DNA of 64,000 nt from the NCBI GenBank assembly GCA_951406725.2, contig OX597819.1, forward strand, positions 62,001 through 126,000, in the 5' to 3' direction. A program made the position numbers and the translations under genes. Under the pieces are notes generated by a model. It was not told the origin of the DNA, ran no database searches, and was given only the letters and a program-made list of their open reading frames with translations. Below, piece after piece: positions 1 through 14,791 of this stretch (position 1 is its first letter; each line of letters begins with the position of its first letter). The DNA comes from Octopus vulgaris (taxonomy: Eukaryota).

Positions 1-107
1 TTTCTTTACGAGTAACGTATTTAGAACTACATCATCCAATGATTTTCTTTCTATTTCGTAAGATATCAGGGCGTGATATGAAGACTATTTGTCTGCCACG
101 CACACAC

Positions 108-149
<42 letters not shown>

Positions 150-151
150 GC

Positions 152-189
<38 letters not shown>

Positions 190-836
190 CCACATATCAC
201 ATACACACACATACGTACACAGTCACACATTATGTGTTATGATATATAGTTTATTTTATTTGCAAAAAGGACAAGAAATCGTCACTAAACCTTACCGGCT
301 TTGCAACATATAACCATCATATGACATCATAAATACTGAAGCGAGACAACCAGCTACTCTGTTAGAAATAGAAGACCACGTGGATCGCCTAGCTATGCGA
401 CTGCTACATACATTTTCTATTAAGGACCACAAGCTAAATAGTCTTCGCAATCTCAAACGTAGGTTAATAAGCCCTTCCCACCAAAAGAGAAATCGATAAC
501 ACCTCGCATTGATTTACGCATTAGACTGCAACAATTTTCGTTACTTCATCCAGTTCGGTCAATGCTTCATTCACCGCAAACATCTGGACAATGAGATACT
601 TGCAACGAAACTCTGTGTAATGGCTATCTATATAAACAACCATGTACCTATGTGTACGCGCGCGTTTGCGTGTGCGTGTGTGCGCGTGCCTGCGCGCACT
701 TGGATGGGTGTGCGCGTGTGCAGGCGAGCGTACACGTCTCTATATTGACATGTATATACTCATTATGTGTGTTTTTGTTTATGAAATGGGTGTGCATGTA
801 TATGCGTTAATTTATATATGTATGTACGTATATGTA

Positions 837-970
837 TAGGCGTGGGTGTGAGGTAAGAAGCTTGCTTCCCAACCCCATAGTTCCGGGTTCAGTCCCACTA
901 TAGCGTCAAGCCGACCAAAACCTTTTTGAGTAGATTTGGTAAATGGAAACTGAAATAAGCTCGTTGTATA
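837..970 (+). mobile_element. tRNA-derived SINE family A, 5' fragment
   Basis: GGTAAGAAGCTTGCTTCCCAACC...GGTTCAGTCCCACT head with A/B-box-like motifs; matches the reverse complement of the fuller copy at 44943-45372. Confidence 0.7.
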
Positions 971-2149
971 TGATGGAATAAGCACCAGATTTTTAAAAAA
1001 TGGACTGGGATCGATTCGTTCGATTAAAAATTCATAATAGGAGGCAAGTTTTACGATATTGGGTGAATATTGCCTTCTCCCATTAAATATTGTTCTACGT
1101 GTAGTTCAGGCTCCGGTAGGCGAGGAAAGAAATCTTTAAGTACAAATGCACTTTACAACCGGTTTATTTACAAGTTTCACAGAATAGGTGAAGTGTGTTG
1201 CTCTCAGCACACCATCTCAAGTTGTGTGCGTTTCGTTGTATCCCCGTTAACGCGTTGTATCTCCATTGCCTCTGGAGACAGGACTTACTGTCCCTCTCTC
1301 TCTCATTCTTCATTCTTTCTAGAACCCAAGGCTACTACTGTCTTTCTGACCCGGCTTCCTTCAAGTGTGGACGACTTTCCCTGTCTCTTTCCCCGTCCTC
1401 AAAGCGTTCAAAATATTTTTTCATTTTGTTCTGGCTTAACAGCCCTCAATGTTCGTGTTACTGTTATTCTCCTTGTCCTGTCTTTTACTGTTTATATTTT
1501 GTACTGTCTTTACTGTCCTGTTTTTGTTACCATTTTTACCCCTCCGCAAAAAAATCTCAAATTTTATTTAATTTGCTTTTGCGTGAAGGACTGTTTCAAG
1601 GAAGTCGTGTCTCGCCTTTACCTCCGAAACGCGGAGTAGACGAAACAGAGGCGGCTGAAGAACGGGAATGTTCCTTGTGTTGTTTATATTGTACTCTATT
1701 TTTTCGTTGTTTAAAAAGAATGTCCATTTCCTTGGTTTTGTGTTTGTTTTCATTTCTCATTGTGTTCGACGTTTTTTTGGTGTGCTGTACCCATATATGC
1801 ATGTATATATACATATAGATGTAGGTAAGTACATATATGTATGTATATATGCATATGTTTTATTTATTATTTTGTTATTATATATCTATATACACACACA
1901 CATGTGTGTGTGTGCGTGTGTGTATGTGTATAAAAACACAAATGGATTGCGGTTCAATACAGTTGTGTTATTTTTTGATGAACAGAAGTGTTACATCATG
2001 CAAAAAAAAGAAAACGGTTTCATCAAGTGAATACAGATAATAATTAACAATTAGGATTTCTAAAAAAAAAACAGAGCATGGTGTCAAGTGACTCGACCAA
2101 CTTGATTTCTATGGCTTAGTACTACGTCTGATTGCTTACATTATTTTTT

Positions 2150-2173
2150 AATATATATATATATATTGTCTCG

Positions 2174-2225
<52 letters not shown>

Positions 2226-2300
2226 ATATATATATTTATATATATACATATATATAAACATATATATATTTATATATATATACACATATATATATATATA

Positions 2301-2377
<77 letters not shown>

Positions 2378-2400
2378 ATATATATATTTATATATATATA
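2150..2400. repeat. (TA)n microsatellite, interrupted
   Basis: Directly visible. Confidence 0.95.
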
Positions 2401-2864
2401 TGTATGTATGTATGTATATGGCGCGTGCCGTAAGTAAATACTTAATGTACACAGGTACAAAAATCCTTATCAATGTATGACAACGTAAAAATCCTTTGAC
2501 AAAAATATTTATTTACACACACGCACACACCGTTGTTTCTGTTTAAGTTTGTGTGTGTGTGAGCACGTGCGTGTGTGTGTGCATTTATGTATGTATGTAT
2601 GTATGTATGTATGTATGGATGGATGGATGGATGGATGGATGGATGGATGTGTATGAAAATAAATAAATGACAAGGGAACAGAAATTGCGTAATAAATTAG
2701 CATGTATTTAAATGCTTTTCAAAATAAACATGCAAGTTATTTCAGATGCACAAGCATTCGGCTCTGAACTCACTATATCTTATGGCAGAAACAGCGGTTG
2801 ATGATGTAATTTCTGTTCTCTTGTCATTTAATTTCATATTACGTTCTGTACACAAATACACACA

Positions 2865-3615
<751 letters not shown>

Positions 3616-3955
3616 GGGTAAAGACCCCCTTCGGTCACGAATGGCCATGGGATTGCACTTAGAAAGTTCCCCTTCCCAGTTACAAGTCCGGCCAAAGTTG
3701 TTTATGGAAGACCAGCAGTCACCCGTGCATACCAAGCCTCCTCTCTCCACGCCACTGATGTCATCCAAGGCAAAGGGGCCAATACACCTTGGCACCAGTG
3801 ACATCACAACTCATTTCGACAGCTGAGTGAACTGGAGCAACGTGAAATAAAGTGTCTTGCTCAAGAACACAACACACACCCCATTCCGGGAATCGACCTC
3901 ACTACCTCATGATCGTGAGCCTGACACTCGAACCACTGAGCAATGCGCCTTCACA
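3616..3955 (-). mobile_element. tRNA-derived CORE-like SINE
   Basis: Minus strand reads GCTCAGTGGTT...GGTCGATTCC (A/B boxes), then TTGAGCAAGACACTTTATTTCACGTTGCTCCAG, a segment shared with 7420-7692; ends in a (TATG)n array. Confidence 0.7.
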
Positions 3956-4298
3956 CACATACATGCGTACGTACATGCGTATATACACACGTAGGTGGGT
4001 GTTAATTTTACGCTTATGTGCACATGGGTGCATATTTATCTAGGTATGCATCCATTTTTTGTATTATAAAAAGCTACACATCAATTTCCCAATGAGCGTC
4101 TGCATTCATTGTCAACGACTTGTAACTTTCAATTTTTTATTATATAACAGTCATATCTACTCTACAATTTTGTATTAAGTTCTGTAATAGATAATATTTA
4201 ACCATTGTGTAGGAAACAACCATATATGTTAAACGCCCACACCAATTACGATATGAATCTATCTGTATGTTTATTTAGCTCTCTCTATCTTTATCCCC

Positions 4299-4362
<64 letters not shown>

Positions 4363-4714
4363 TGTTATTATCTGTGTATCTCTGTTACTAACACACATAA
4401 ACACATACATAAGCAGCGCGCATGCTCTCACACACACTCACACATATACTGAATGATATGTGGCGGGTTGTTTAATAGTGGGTTACAGTTTTCTGTCAGT
4501 GTGAGCTATAGTCGTTAATCTTCACTAATCACTGTGTAAACATATAACTAAATAATTAAGTACGCATCTGGCTTTACTTCTTGTCCACTGACCAACGGAC
4601 GTTGGGGTGAGTCTAAAAGATAGTGAGAGAAGTGAGAGAGAAAGAATGAGAATGAAGTAAGGGTTGACAGAGAGATAGTGATAGAGACAGTGTACACAAA
4701 CAGCTAGATAGACA

Positions 4715-4769
<55 letters not shown>

Positions 4770-4830
4770 GCAGAAAAGAAATGTTTGACAGAGGAGAGAT
4801 TGAACGTGAAAGGGGAAAAGGCGAGGGAAG

Positions 4831-4881
<51 letters not shown>

Positions 4882-6267
4882 CTGACGGATTGAGAAGAGG
4901 AAAATGAGAGAGAAAGAGACAGACTGAGAAGAGAAAATGACAGAGAGAGAAAATGAGTAAGGGAGATTGATGGATGTTTTGCTTTTCCTGTCTGATCCTG
5001 TGAATTAATTACAGACGTAGGTAATTTTCAGTTAATTGGTTTCCAAAGTTGTGAAGTGTACACAAACAGCTTTTAACCTCTTGCTGCTAAGCTGGGCCAA
5101 GTGTAGTTATTCAATGTTAGGTTGGTCAGCGTAAGATCTGGTTTCCAGGCAAAAGCAAGCGGAGAGAGGAATTTCTGATACGTTATTTGATACTGTGAGA
5201 GAAACGTTGAGCAAATCAACTTCCCAGGAACTTCTAAGTGGAAACCAGCAGTTTGGTTTATGAGACAAAGGTAAATAATCGCTAATTTCATTATTCTTGT
5301 GAAGGTGATTCAGAGGAAAGCCGAGCAAGAAGTAGAGGTTCTTGGCGAATTATAACGAAGAATCTGATTTCGATTCTTGGCAGAAGCAGTAAATAAATAG
5401 TAGATTTGTGTAATCGATAAAGCGTTGAGAAAATTGTGCTGTGGCATCTAGTTACGACTATTTATGTTTTAAGTTCAAACTCCGGGATTAATAAAAATAA
5501 AGTACATGACCTATAAAGTATGGCGGTCGGTGCAATAGTCCTATAATGCTTTCCCAATTCAGATTACTGAGAAAAGCATGAAGTTCACAACCCTGTTATC
5601 GTTGCTATTGATGTCACGAGTGGTGGTAGTGTTATTGTTGTTGCTTTTGTTGGTGTTGTTGTTGCTATCGCTTTTGTTATTAGTGATGTTTTGCTGTTTT
5701 TGCTGTTATGGTAATCGTTGTTATTGCTGTTGCTAATGCTGCTGTTGTTGTTTGTTGTTGTTGTTGTTATTGTTGTTGTTGTTGTTGCTGCTGCTGCTGC
5801 TGCGGCTGCTGGTGATGTTGCTGATGCTACTGCTATTAATGTTCTTGCTGTTGCTACTGTTGTTCTTGTTACAGTTATTGTTGATACTACTCTAATTATT
5901 TAGTTGCAGGTCAACCTTAATTGGTCAAACCTATGGTCATAGACAGTCTAACCATGACCACAACCATTCGCTTCTTTCAAGGTCATCGAGGACAACACTA
6001 TCCAGTGTGCCTTGCCTTATTTAAGAGATGGGCTGTGACTTCAGACATATATTGTTGCTATTTCTAACAGGTAGAGCAACTGCGTGTGTAAAGGCTCGCA
6101 AATCGGCTCATTATTTGAGGAATAGTAAGAGTAGAGAGAAAACGAGAGAGAGAGGCAAAGGAAGAAGCTAGAAAGAAAGAAAAAGTGAAGAATGAAAGAT
6201 TAGGGAAATAAATGACTAAATATTTAATCAATTTATTCGGTACTTATTCTGTTCACTTCCTTTATGC

Positions 6268-6750
6268 CATCTCTAGTAACATGTCACAGAACGAGCCTCT
6301 AGTCACATGTCACACAACCAGCCTCTAGTTACATGTCAAACAACGATCCCCTGGTTACATGTCACACAACGAAGCTCTAGTTATATGTCGCACAAAATCT
6401 AGTTATACGTCAGATAATACAAGAGACTCTAGTTATACATCACACAAAAAGACCCTCTAGCCACTCGTATCAACGAAGCTATAGCTACATCCTCTAGAAC
6501 GCCTCTTCTGGTTATTTATCACGGAATGCTTCTAGCTGTTTTTCACATTACAAACCACTTACATGTTACATAAAACCCCATCTAGTAACACACATCTCTT
6601 TGCATGTCACAGAATAAGCCTCTAGTTTGATGTCACATAATGAACTTTTAGGCATATGTCCCATTACAAGCTTCTAGTTACATGTCACACATATAACACC
6701 TTATTCTAGGTTTCTTATCACACAAGAGACTCTAGTTATATGTCACGCAA
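6268..6750. repeat. Degenerate minisatellite, unit about 28-30 bp (consensus near CCTCTAGTTACATGTCACACAACGAG)
   Basis: CTCTAGTTA(C/T)ATGTCAC recurs more than ten times with divergence. Confidence 0.8.
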
Positions 6751-7419
6751 AACCTCAACTATGATCAAAGTTGTGATCAAAGTTCTTCCAGTTGTGACCA
6801 TTCCATATTTTAGGAGTATTTAGGATATATTTATTGAATATATCCTTTTCTTATTTAAGATGAAGAAGTGTTATTTGAGCGAGAGTTGGTTGTTATTTCT
6901 AACAAGTGGATTTACCCTCCCCCCTTACACACACACACACAGAAGCTTTCCCATTAAAAGAGGTGAAATGCAGTTGATATGATGGGAGGGTTCGGCCGGA
7001 TCATCGGTCCGAGACTTAAAGAATCACCAAGAAACCTTGTGACTATCTGCTGGGCTCAGCCCTAAAAAGAACAATACCTCACGATTTCTTGTATTCCGAG
7101 GGGTTGTCATCTCAGCTGTTGCGTTTCACATTATTAAATTTTTCAACGGGTTACTACATACTTCCCATCTACCAAATTTTGCTCTTAAGGCATTGATTAA
7201 CGCGAAGGTATAGTTGAGGACCCATGCACAAAGTGCCGCGCACAGTGGGATCAAACCATTAACTACGAAGCTAACGAAGTTGCGAAGCGAACTTCTTAGT
7301 ACACAGACATGCCAGCATCCATAACAGGGCTCCATGCCGGAGATAGAAACCGTGTTGCATCAAGCATGCCACATTGCTCTTTCATCTTCTGAATTCAATA
7401 GAAAGCTATTGATGCTTTG

Positions 7420-7692
7420 GTGAAAGCACGTGATCGTAAGGTCGTGAGTTCGATTCCCAGCAGCGCGTTGTGTCCTTGAGCAAGACTCTTTATTTCACGT
7501 TGCTCCAATCCACTCAACTGGCAAAAATGAGATGTAATTCAAAGGGCCGACCATGTCACACTATGTGTTACCTTGAATCTACCTGAGAACTACATTAAGG
7601 GTACACGTGTCTGTGGAGTGCTCGGCTACTTGCGCGTTAATCTCACGATCGGATCAACTGGATCGCTCGTCGTTGTAACCGACGGAGTGCCA
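7420..7692 (+). mobile_element. tRNA-derived SINE (CORE-like centre, 3' half shared with family C at 57479-57848)
   Basis: GAGTTCGATTCCC B-box; tail GAGAACTAC..TAAGGGTACACGTGTCTGTGGAGTGCTC...GTAACCGACGGAGTGC is shared with about 57720-57848. Confidence 0.75.
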
Positions 7693-7819
7693 GTATTGAC
7701 GTCTTGATTTTTAGTGTCTCGTAAAAGCTCTGTCAATAAAAAGGAAAAGATTTATTGCCCACCCGATTAACACTGTTTTATATATTGAGCTAAACACTGG
7801 ATGTTAGCAAGGAAATGAG

Positions 7820-8560
7820 AAATGAGAGAGAGAGAGAGAGAGAGAGATGGGGAGAGAGAGAGAGAGATGAAGGAAGGAGGAAAGGGCTTAGAAAAGGAAC
7901 AAAGGACAGTGACAGAGAGACAGAAGAGGTGAGAAATGGAAGTGAAAAAGAAATTGAGAGCTAGAGAAAAAATAAAGGAGAGAATTTGCAAGACTGCACG
8001 GAAACAGAACCGTGTAGAGAGGAGGAGAGAAAATGTAAAGAGAAGAGTATATAGGGACAGAGAAAGGGGAAAAAGAATAAGAGACTGCGAGATAGAGAGG
8101 AGAGACAGAGAGAGAATGAGAGACGCAGTGAGAGTGGGTAAATATGTGGAGGGAATGGAGAGAGAGTGGTAGAGAGAGAACACAAGGAAAATAATGTTGT
8201 GGAGTGGGAATGGTAAGGCGAAAAGGTAAGAGACGAAGAAAGAGAGGTAAAGAATAGTAAAGAAGCAGAAGCAGTGGGAGAGAGGATAAGGAAGAGAACA
8301 AGAAATTGAGAGAGTAAGGGGAGTGATGTGGTGCTGCGGAAGATGTTGGCATAGAAAAGGTAAGAAAGAAAGACAGGGGAAGAGAAGCGGTAAAGATGGA
8401 GGTCAGAGAAGGGGGTGAGATGAACAGAGAGATCGAGAGAGAAAGACTGATGAAGAAGAAGAAGAAGAAGAAGAAGAAGAAGAAGAAGAAGAAGAAGAAG
8501 AAGAAGAGAGAGTGAGAGAGAGAAACCGAAAGAAAAAGAATGGGGAGAATGAGAGATCTC
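7820..8560. repeat. Polypurine (AG-rich) low-complexity tract including (GAA)n
   Basis: Directly visible. Confidence 0.85.
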
Positions 8561-8654
8561 GGTGAGTAATGTCATGCGTACGTGACTTGTGCAAAGTAAG
8601 TAATTATAAGCATTATCACTGAGAGAGTGAGTGTGTTTGTTTGTTTGTTTGTTT

Positions 8655-8697
<43 letters not shown>

Positions 8698-9001
8698 ATA
8701 CGGATAAATCGTAGTCATAAAATTCGAGAAAGGCTAAAAGATAGATAGATAGATAGGTATATAGATAGACAGATAGATAGTTAGTTAGATAGATAGATAG
8801 ATAGGTATATAGATAGACAGATAGATAGTTAGTTAGATAGATAGATAGATAACTTTTTATTGTAGCCACACAGGGCTAAACACAGAATAAAAATGGATGA
8901 AATACAATGTAGAATTTTTTCTTTTCGAGGTGGGATGGGTGGGGCACAAAAAAAACACGTTTGATCAATAGGGATCTGTGGGTTGTGTGGTGTATAAAAA
9001 G

Positions 9002-9064
<63 letters not shown>

Positions 9065-9179
9065 TCACAGTTTAGGTGTAGCCTTGGAAAGAAAAACCTA
9101 CAAAAAAGACCAAGGTCACCTCAGACAGTTCGAAAATGAACACATGAGTAAGTCGCCTTACTCTCGTTGTCTCTTTTGG

Positions 9180-12100
9180 TTACAGATTTATGCTTAAAAT
9201 AGTGTCGTCTTTCATACTGACCATTTTTGCCACTTTTACCCACTTTTTATTAAAACATTCGTTCGACAAAGCCTTCCTCTCTATTCTCATCCTCCTTTTC
9301 AAGTGGTACTTGAAAAAGTTGACGAGAGACTGACCAGAGAGGAAGGTGTTTGTTTGCAGTCCTTTCAAACGCGTCCACCACACACATTCTTTCGCCATAG
9401 CCATCAGCGTAACGAAAACCGTTTTCCCTTCCCGTTTAAAGGAAGGTGGTGGAACAGTATTCACGATAGACTCGGCCGATAGGCGGGCCCGACCCACACG
9501 TGACAACAGCTGTTCGACGAAGGTCCACAGCTCTGAAATATCTGGACACTGCACGTGTCCGTGCAGAACGGTTTCGTCGCTCTGACCGCATCTCGGGCAG
9601 GTCGGTCCGGTGATGGTTTTCGAACCGTGCCTGTAGCTCTTCTCTCGAACAGGTAGTGCGTCTCGATAGCACTGTCAAGCCAGGGATTTCTGGAAGTCAT
9701 CTATAGGCCCCGGCCCGAACGTCGTCCTGAACAGGCGGGTTAGGAATTTCTCGTCGACGCCCAGGTTTGCCCCGAGTTTGTCGTCGGACCTCCCCTCCAC
9801 TAGTCCTCTATAGAACGCTTTAGTCGTTTGTAAATTGCACAAGTTTGACCCCGGTCGGCAGAGCTGCTGTAGAGCTTGGCGACACTCTCGGTGCCAATTG
9901 CCCAGTTTCGGTCTCTTCTTGATCCACGTTTGCAGTTCGGTCAGTGAGACGAGCTGCGGGAAGGCGCGCCTCACAAACGGCGCCCACACCTGTTCACCGT
10001 CGTCGATGAAGTTCCAGAGATGCCGCAGTCTCAGCGCATGCCTGCGCATCATCAACCACGGCATGCCCAGTCCTCCATTCAACGGATGTTGACAGCAAAT
10101 GGACTTCCTCACCATCGGAACGCCACCCTTCCACAGGAAGCGGAAGAGTATGCGCTCCAGTTTGGTGATGGTGGCGTCGGGACAAGGCACGACGGTCAGG
10201 TGGTAATCGATGACGGATGCGATGTATGCGTTCGCCACCTCCGCTCGACCTTTTAGAGACAGCTTTCTCTCGGCCCATGTTTGGCTGAGAGCGACCACTC
10301 TACTCGTGATCCCGTCCCAGTTCTTATCCATTTGGAGGTCCGGACTGAACCAGACCCCGAGCAATTTAACCGGTCCGTCCGTCCAGCGTCGCACTACTGA
10401 GCCGCAGTCGGACGGCATGGGCTTGCTTCTTCAGGTGCCGAGTAGCAAACCCACTGACTTTTCCGGGTTAATCTTCGCTCCCGTCACCGTTTCGTATTTT
10501 CTTAGTGTCTCGCCAATCATCTTGATGTGTTTGTCGCTCGACACTATGACGGTGACATCGTCCGCATATGCCGACACGCTCGTCCCGCAACCCAGTTCCC
10601 GTGGGATGCCCCTCAGTGTCGCCAGCTTCCTGCAGTAGCGGCTCGAGAGTCAATACATACAGAAGCGCCGACAGGGGACACCCCTGACGGACCGAACGCG
10701 TGATGTCAAACGGTTTCGACAGGTGACCGTTCACCCATATCACCGATCGAATGCCGCTATACAAGGCAGCGATCCAACCGCGGAAGACGGGACCGAAGTC
10801 AGCCGCCCTGAGGACGGCCGCCAAGTACCGATGGTCGACCCTATCGAAGGCTTTAGACTGATCCAAATTGTTCAGCGCCCCACCCATGCCAGGATCCTTA
10901 ACTACCCTGTCCACAATGTAGCGCATCAGATGGAGGTTGTCATGTATGGTTCTGCTCGGCACGGCGCATGTTTGAGCCCTGTCGACCAGTTTACCAATGA
11001 CAAGCGCCAACCTCTCGGCTATTACTTTGGCCAAAATTTTCAAATCTGCGTTGAGCAGAGTGATGGGCCTGAAATTATCTATAAAATTCCCCTTGTTTGG
11101 GTCTTTCTTCAGCAACGTCACTGCACCTCGGCTCACGAAACCGGGAATTCTCCCGTTTTGTTGCCAGTTGCAGTAGACTGATGCCAAGAGGTCGCCAAAC
11201 AAGTCTGGCATTTGACAATACAGCTCGTAGGGTAAACCATCCAATCCAGGCGACTTATCCCTCGCGCAGCCCGCCATCGCATCCCGCACGTCAGCGGCTG
11301 TGATGGGACTTTCACAACACTTCGCTTCTCTTGCCGAGAGCCGCGGCAGGTCGGTCAGGTAGGCACTGAAATCCATCCCGCGTTCCGACCCACCACTCGC
11401 ACCAAACAGTCGAGCAAAGTGCTGTTGAAAGGCCTCACACATCCTTTCGGGTTCGAGTAAACTGCATCCCTGTTGATCTATTAGAGACCGAATGGTGGCT
11501 CTGTTGTCACGCTGCGCCTCCGCTACCCGGGCCTCTCGCGCAGCTTCGATCCCTTCGTTCCTTAAGGCACGCATTTTAGCTCTGACGACGCAACCTTCGT
11601 GCTTGGCGTTGAGGTGTTGGTTGAGGGCCATCCTCGCAGCCAGCACGTTGGTTGCGCCGCCAGTGGTAAGTGCCTCTTCTAGTTTCTTAACCAGGTTTCC
11701 CTCTACTCTATTTCGATCTATCGCTAATTCTTTGCTAAACCTAATTGATTCCGATTTTATTGCCATTTTCAGGGCGTACCACCAGCGGTTGTTAACGACG
11801 GCTCCCGTCAGCGCCCTCTTAATTAACTCGCTAATCCGGTTCCTGTAAACCTGTCGCGCTAAGAGCGACGTGTTCAGTTTCCAGTAACCGGGACCCTGCC
11901 TATGTGTTTTATCTAAGTCGAGCGTACACGTCACAAATTTGTGATCTGTGTAGCTGACTATTTTAAATTGTGGACATCCTACACTATCCCTATCCGCTGT
12001 CCTGCATAGAATTCTATCTAGATAGGATCTCGACGATCCGACGCGGTTTGTCCAAGTCCACGTTGGCACGTTCGGATGGTCGAGTCGGAACCTGTCAGAC

Positions 12101-12621
12101 AAATGGAAACGTCTGAGTAGGTCTTTGAGGCACTTACACCCCCTTCTATTCCTATCCATTCCCACATAATCTAGATGCGTGTCCAAGGTAGCGTTCCAAT
12201 CCCCTACTAACAGTAAAGGTCTAGACGTACCCAGGAAAACCTCTAGACGTCTGAAGAAATCTGCCCGACCCATTAAGGACGGTGCATAAACTGCCATCAG
12301 ACGGAATGCACAACCATTTCTGCCATCCACGTCCAAGACAACCAGCCTACCCTCCGGGTCTAGGAATATTGCTCTTACTTTTACATTTAGACTCTTTCGA
12401 AAAAGCACCGCGGTACCTCCATCACCCATGTTCGGCAGACAGGGAGAAAAATAAATGTCAAATTGATTGCCAAACATGGACGCGAGGGCCCGCGGCTTGC
12501 TGAGTCTGGTTTCACTGATAGCTACTATATTCACGTTCAGTGACTTGATGTCGTTTAGAAGGTAACCTTGCTTCCAAGCCGACGCCAAGCCACGCGCATT
12601 CACACAACCTAATTTAAGCAT
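9180..12621 (-). pseudogene. LINE ORF2 (AP endonuclease, reverse transcriptase, C-terminal Zn finger), disrupted
   Basis: VNARGL, ISETR, VYAP, GDWNA, YLDRIL, YTDH (APE); SPGLDG, NFRPITLLN, DQSKAFDRVDH, VRQGCPLS, AYADD (RT); CPRC...ETVLH...C; frameshift near 10630 and stops near 10431 and 9675. Confidence 0.92.
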
Positions 12622-12969
12622 AATTGACGTTTACGAAAATTGTGTTTCACACACAAACATTGGAAGAGACAAGAGGCAAGAGGGAAGGTCACTTACTCAT
12701 TTCGAAAGTTTCATTTTTTTCTTCTTCTTTTGTAGCGTCTTTGATGAGGTGTTTGTATAGTTTTTTGGAGAGGTATCGTTGAAACTCGCCTACCGCATTT
12801 GGAAATATTGTTTTCAGTGTATGGTGTTGTGTTTGTGTTATGTGTACAATTTTTATGTGCTTCGGTGGTGTGGTGCGCGGATGATTGTTTGTCTTAAAGT
12901 CATCTTCACAGATGTCCGTGTTGAATGCAATGTAATCCATTAATTTTTTATTTTCTGTGTCTATTGCAG

Positions 12970-14451
12970 TTAGTTGTGTGGTTTTGCGTGTTCATTGATT
13001 TTTTGATTGTCTAGGGGGATGCTGTCCGGAGTTAAATATCTCCCTGCTTTACTTCCTTGTTTGGTGGGCTTTTTTGATCTTTTCCTTTTACCCCCTGTGG
13101 CTATTTGCCATTCCGTCGAACTTTCGTCGTCCGACGTATCAGAAGAGGGTAAAGGCAAAGCATTTGTGTTAATATGTATGCTTGTAGAAATTGTTGATGT
13201 TTTGTGCGGTGTTTGTGTTGTTATGGTGTTAGGTGTAGAATTTATCTTCTCGTCACTGTTTTCTGTCTTTTTAATTGTCGTCCTGGGTGTTGGTGTGGTT
13301 CTATATTTTGATTCAGCATGATGAATTGGTTGCGTCGTCAACGGTGATTTTGTTGGTACTGTTTCTTTTCTTGGTGATGTTGTTGGGGTTTGTTTGCTGG
13401 TTTGTTGTTTTTCTTCTTGGCATTGTTCCATAATTGAGTGTGTTGGTGTTGGTGTTGGCAACAAGGGTTTTTTATTTGTTTTCTGATTTGTTCTTTCTTG
13501 TTTTTTCTGTGCTAGAGCGCACTTGGCAATTAAATGCTCTGGGCTACCACAGTTGTAGCATCTAGGCTTTTTGCCTTCTGCCACAACATATAGGCTTTGC
13601 CCATTTTCTAGGTGGATCCTATCGGGTAGGTTCTCGATAGAGGCCCCCACAATCTGGATGGTCACTACTATTGTTTTTCCACCCCAATTGTCGTTTAGGT
13701 ACACGGCGGTTTCTAAAATATTGATCTTTTTCAAATGGTAACAGATTTCCCCTGTTATCCATTTGTTCGGGATCTCGGGGGGTACATTCTTAATAGTAAT
13801 TCTACTCACTCTCTGGCCTTTGAAATAAAGTACCATTTTGATATTATCATTTTCCAAAGACTCGGTAGAGTGAGCTTTTGCCACTTCCTGGTTAGGGAAG
13901 CGGACCACTACTGTGTTAAACTGGGGGCCCCAGTTTATATATTCTTTTATTTTCATTATGTTTTTTAAACATTTTTCTATATCTGTTTTTATAATCTGTT
14001 CATTTTGTTTTTTGTTTTTTCTTATAATTTTATATATAATTGTCTTATATTCTATTTGTTCCTTTATGTGTTGAGGTGTATGCAGCACTAAATCTTGCCC
14101 ACGGGTTGTAAAGAGAGCTCTCGTTTCTATTAGCTCTTCATTTGTAAATGTTAATATTTCTTTCTTCTGACGCTGAGTGTCAGCGAAATTTACTGGTGTT
14201 GTTGATTTTTTTATATTAACATCTTCACTATTAGATAGTTCATATTTATTGTTGTTCTTGTTGTTGTTGTTTTTCTTAATAGTATTCGCGTGAGTTTCAT
14301 TCTTATCATTTATGTTGGTCGTGGTGGTAGTGGTGGTGGTGGTAGAGATGGTGGTGGTAGCAGTAGTAGTCTCGTTGTTGTTGTTGTTAGTGGTGGTGGT
14401 GGTGGTGGTGACAGGGCTGTTACCGCAAGTGGTTGCAGCGTTCACTATCAC
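12970..14451 (-). CDS. LINE ORF1 gag-like protein with zinc knuckle (may continue past a stop into 12689-12940)
   Basis: CYNCGSPEHLIAKC CCHC motif; RITIKNVPPEI RRM-like region; lies directly upstream of ORF2; start codon uncertain. Confidence 0.8.
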   Translation of the reverse strand: MIVNAATTCGNSPVTTTTTTTNNNNNETTTATTTISTTTTTTTTTNINDKNETHANTIKKNNNNKNNNKYELSNSEDVNIKKSTTPVNFADTQRQKKEILTFTNEELIETRALFTTRGQDLVLHTPQHIKEQIEYKTIIYKIIRKNKKQNEQIIKTDIEKCLKNIMKIKEYINWGPQFNTVVVRFPNQEVAKAHSTESLENDNIKMVLYFKGQRVSRITIKNVPPEIPNKWITGEICYHLKKINILETAVYLNDNWGGKTIVVTIQIVGASIENLPDRIHLENGQSLYVVAEGKKPRCYNCGSPEHLIAKCALAQKKQERTNQKTNKKPLLPTPTPTHSIMEQCQEEKQQTSKQTPTTSPRKETVPTKSPLTTQPIHHAESKYRTTPTPRTTIKKTENSDEKINSTPNTITTQTPHKTSTISTSIHINTNALPLPSSDTSDDESSTEWQIATGGKRKRSKKPTKQGSKAGRYLTPDSIPLDNQKINEHAKPHN

Positions 14452-14767
14452 GTCATTCAGGTTTGCACTTTGCGTGCATACGTTCTTTTTTCTCCGAGCG
14501 TTTCCAGACTGGGAAAATGCTGGTCCATAAAAGAACGCGACCAGCGTTCTACAATAAAATTTCTCGACATTTTTTAATCTCGAGAAGAAAATTACACAAA
14601 TTAAATAGGGTTGAAACTGCCCCTAGGGGCGAATTCCTCCCTTGGAAAAGCACTCAAACGAAAGTTGGGTGCCTTACACACCTTATTTACAAAAATGTAC
14701 ACAAAATATGGGCTATAAATAGTCAAAATAAACGATTACCTTCGGAGCCGAAGTGACAGCACGTCCG

Positions 14768-14791
14768 TAGATAGATAGATAGATAGTTAGT

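Larger units (their letters stand above)
8851..14767 (-). mobile_element. Near-full-length Tx1/L1-clade non-LTR retrotransposon flanked on both sides by (GATA)n
   Basis: 5' UTR, ORF1 with CCHC knuckle, ORF2 with APE-RT-zinc finger, and a 3' UTR with AATAAA running directly into (ATCT)n. Confidence 0.92.

Noticed and set aside
1620-1680. GAAAC followed by CTGAAGA (similar CTGANGA near 29754 and 38140) as possible hammerheads
   Set aside because: Could not form stems I-III in any permutation; at most decayed remnants
1070-1818. 189-aa and 207-aa overlapping ORFs
   Set aside because: No recognisable motifs; T-rich repeat-derived sequence, partly similar to about 29750-29990
5073-5330. Possible exon in unique-looking sequence
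   Set aside because: Stops in the plus-strand frames I checked, and no recognisable domain in the short minus-strand ORFs
6268-6750. CRISPR-like regular repeats (also 47025-47290)
   Set aside because: No unique spacers, no cas genes, eukaryotic context; these are ordinary minisatellites
7767-8594. Leu/Ser/Phe-rich membrane-protein-like ORFs
   Set aside because: Antisense of the polypurine tract
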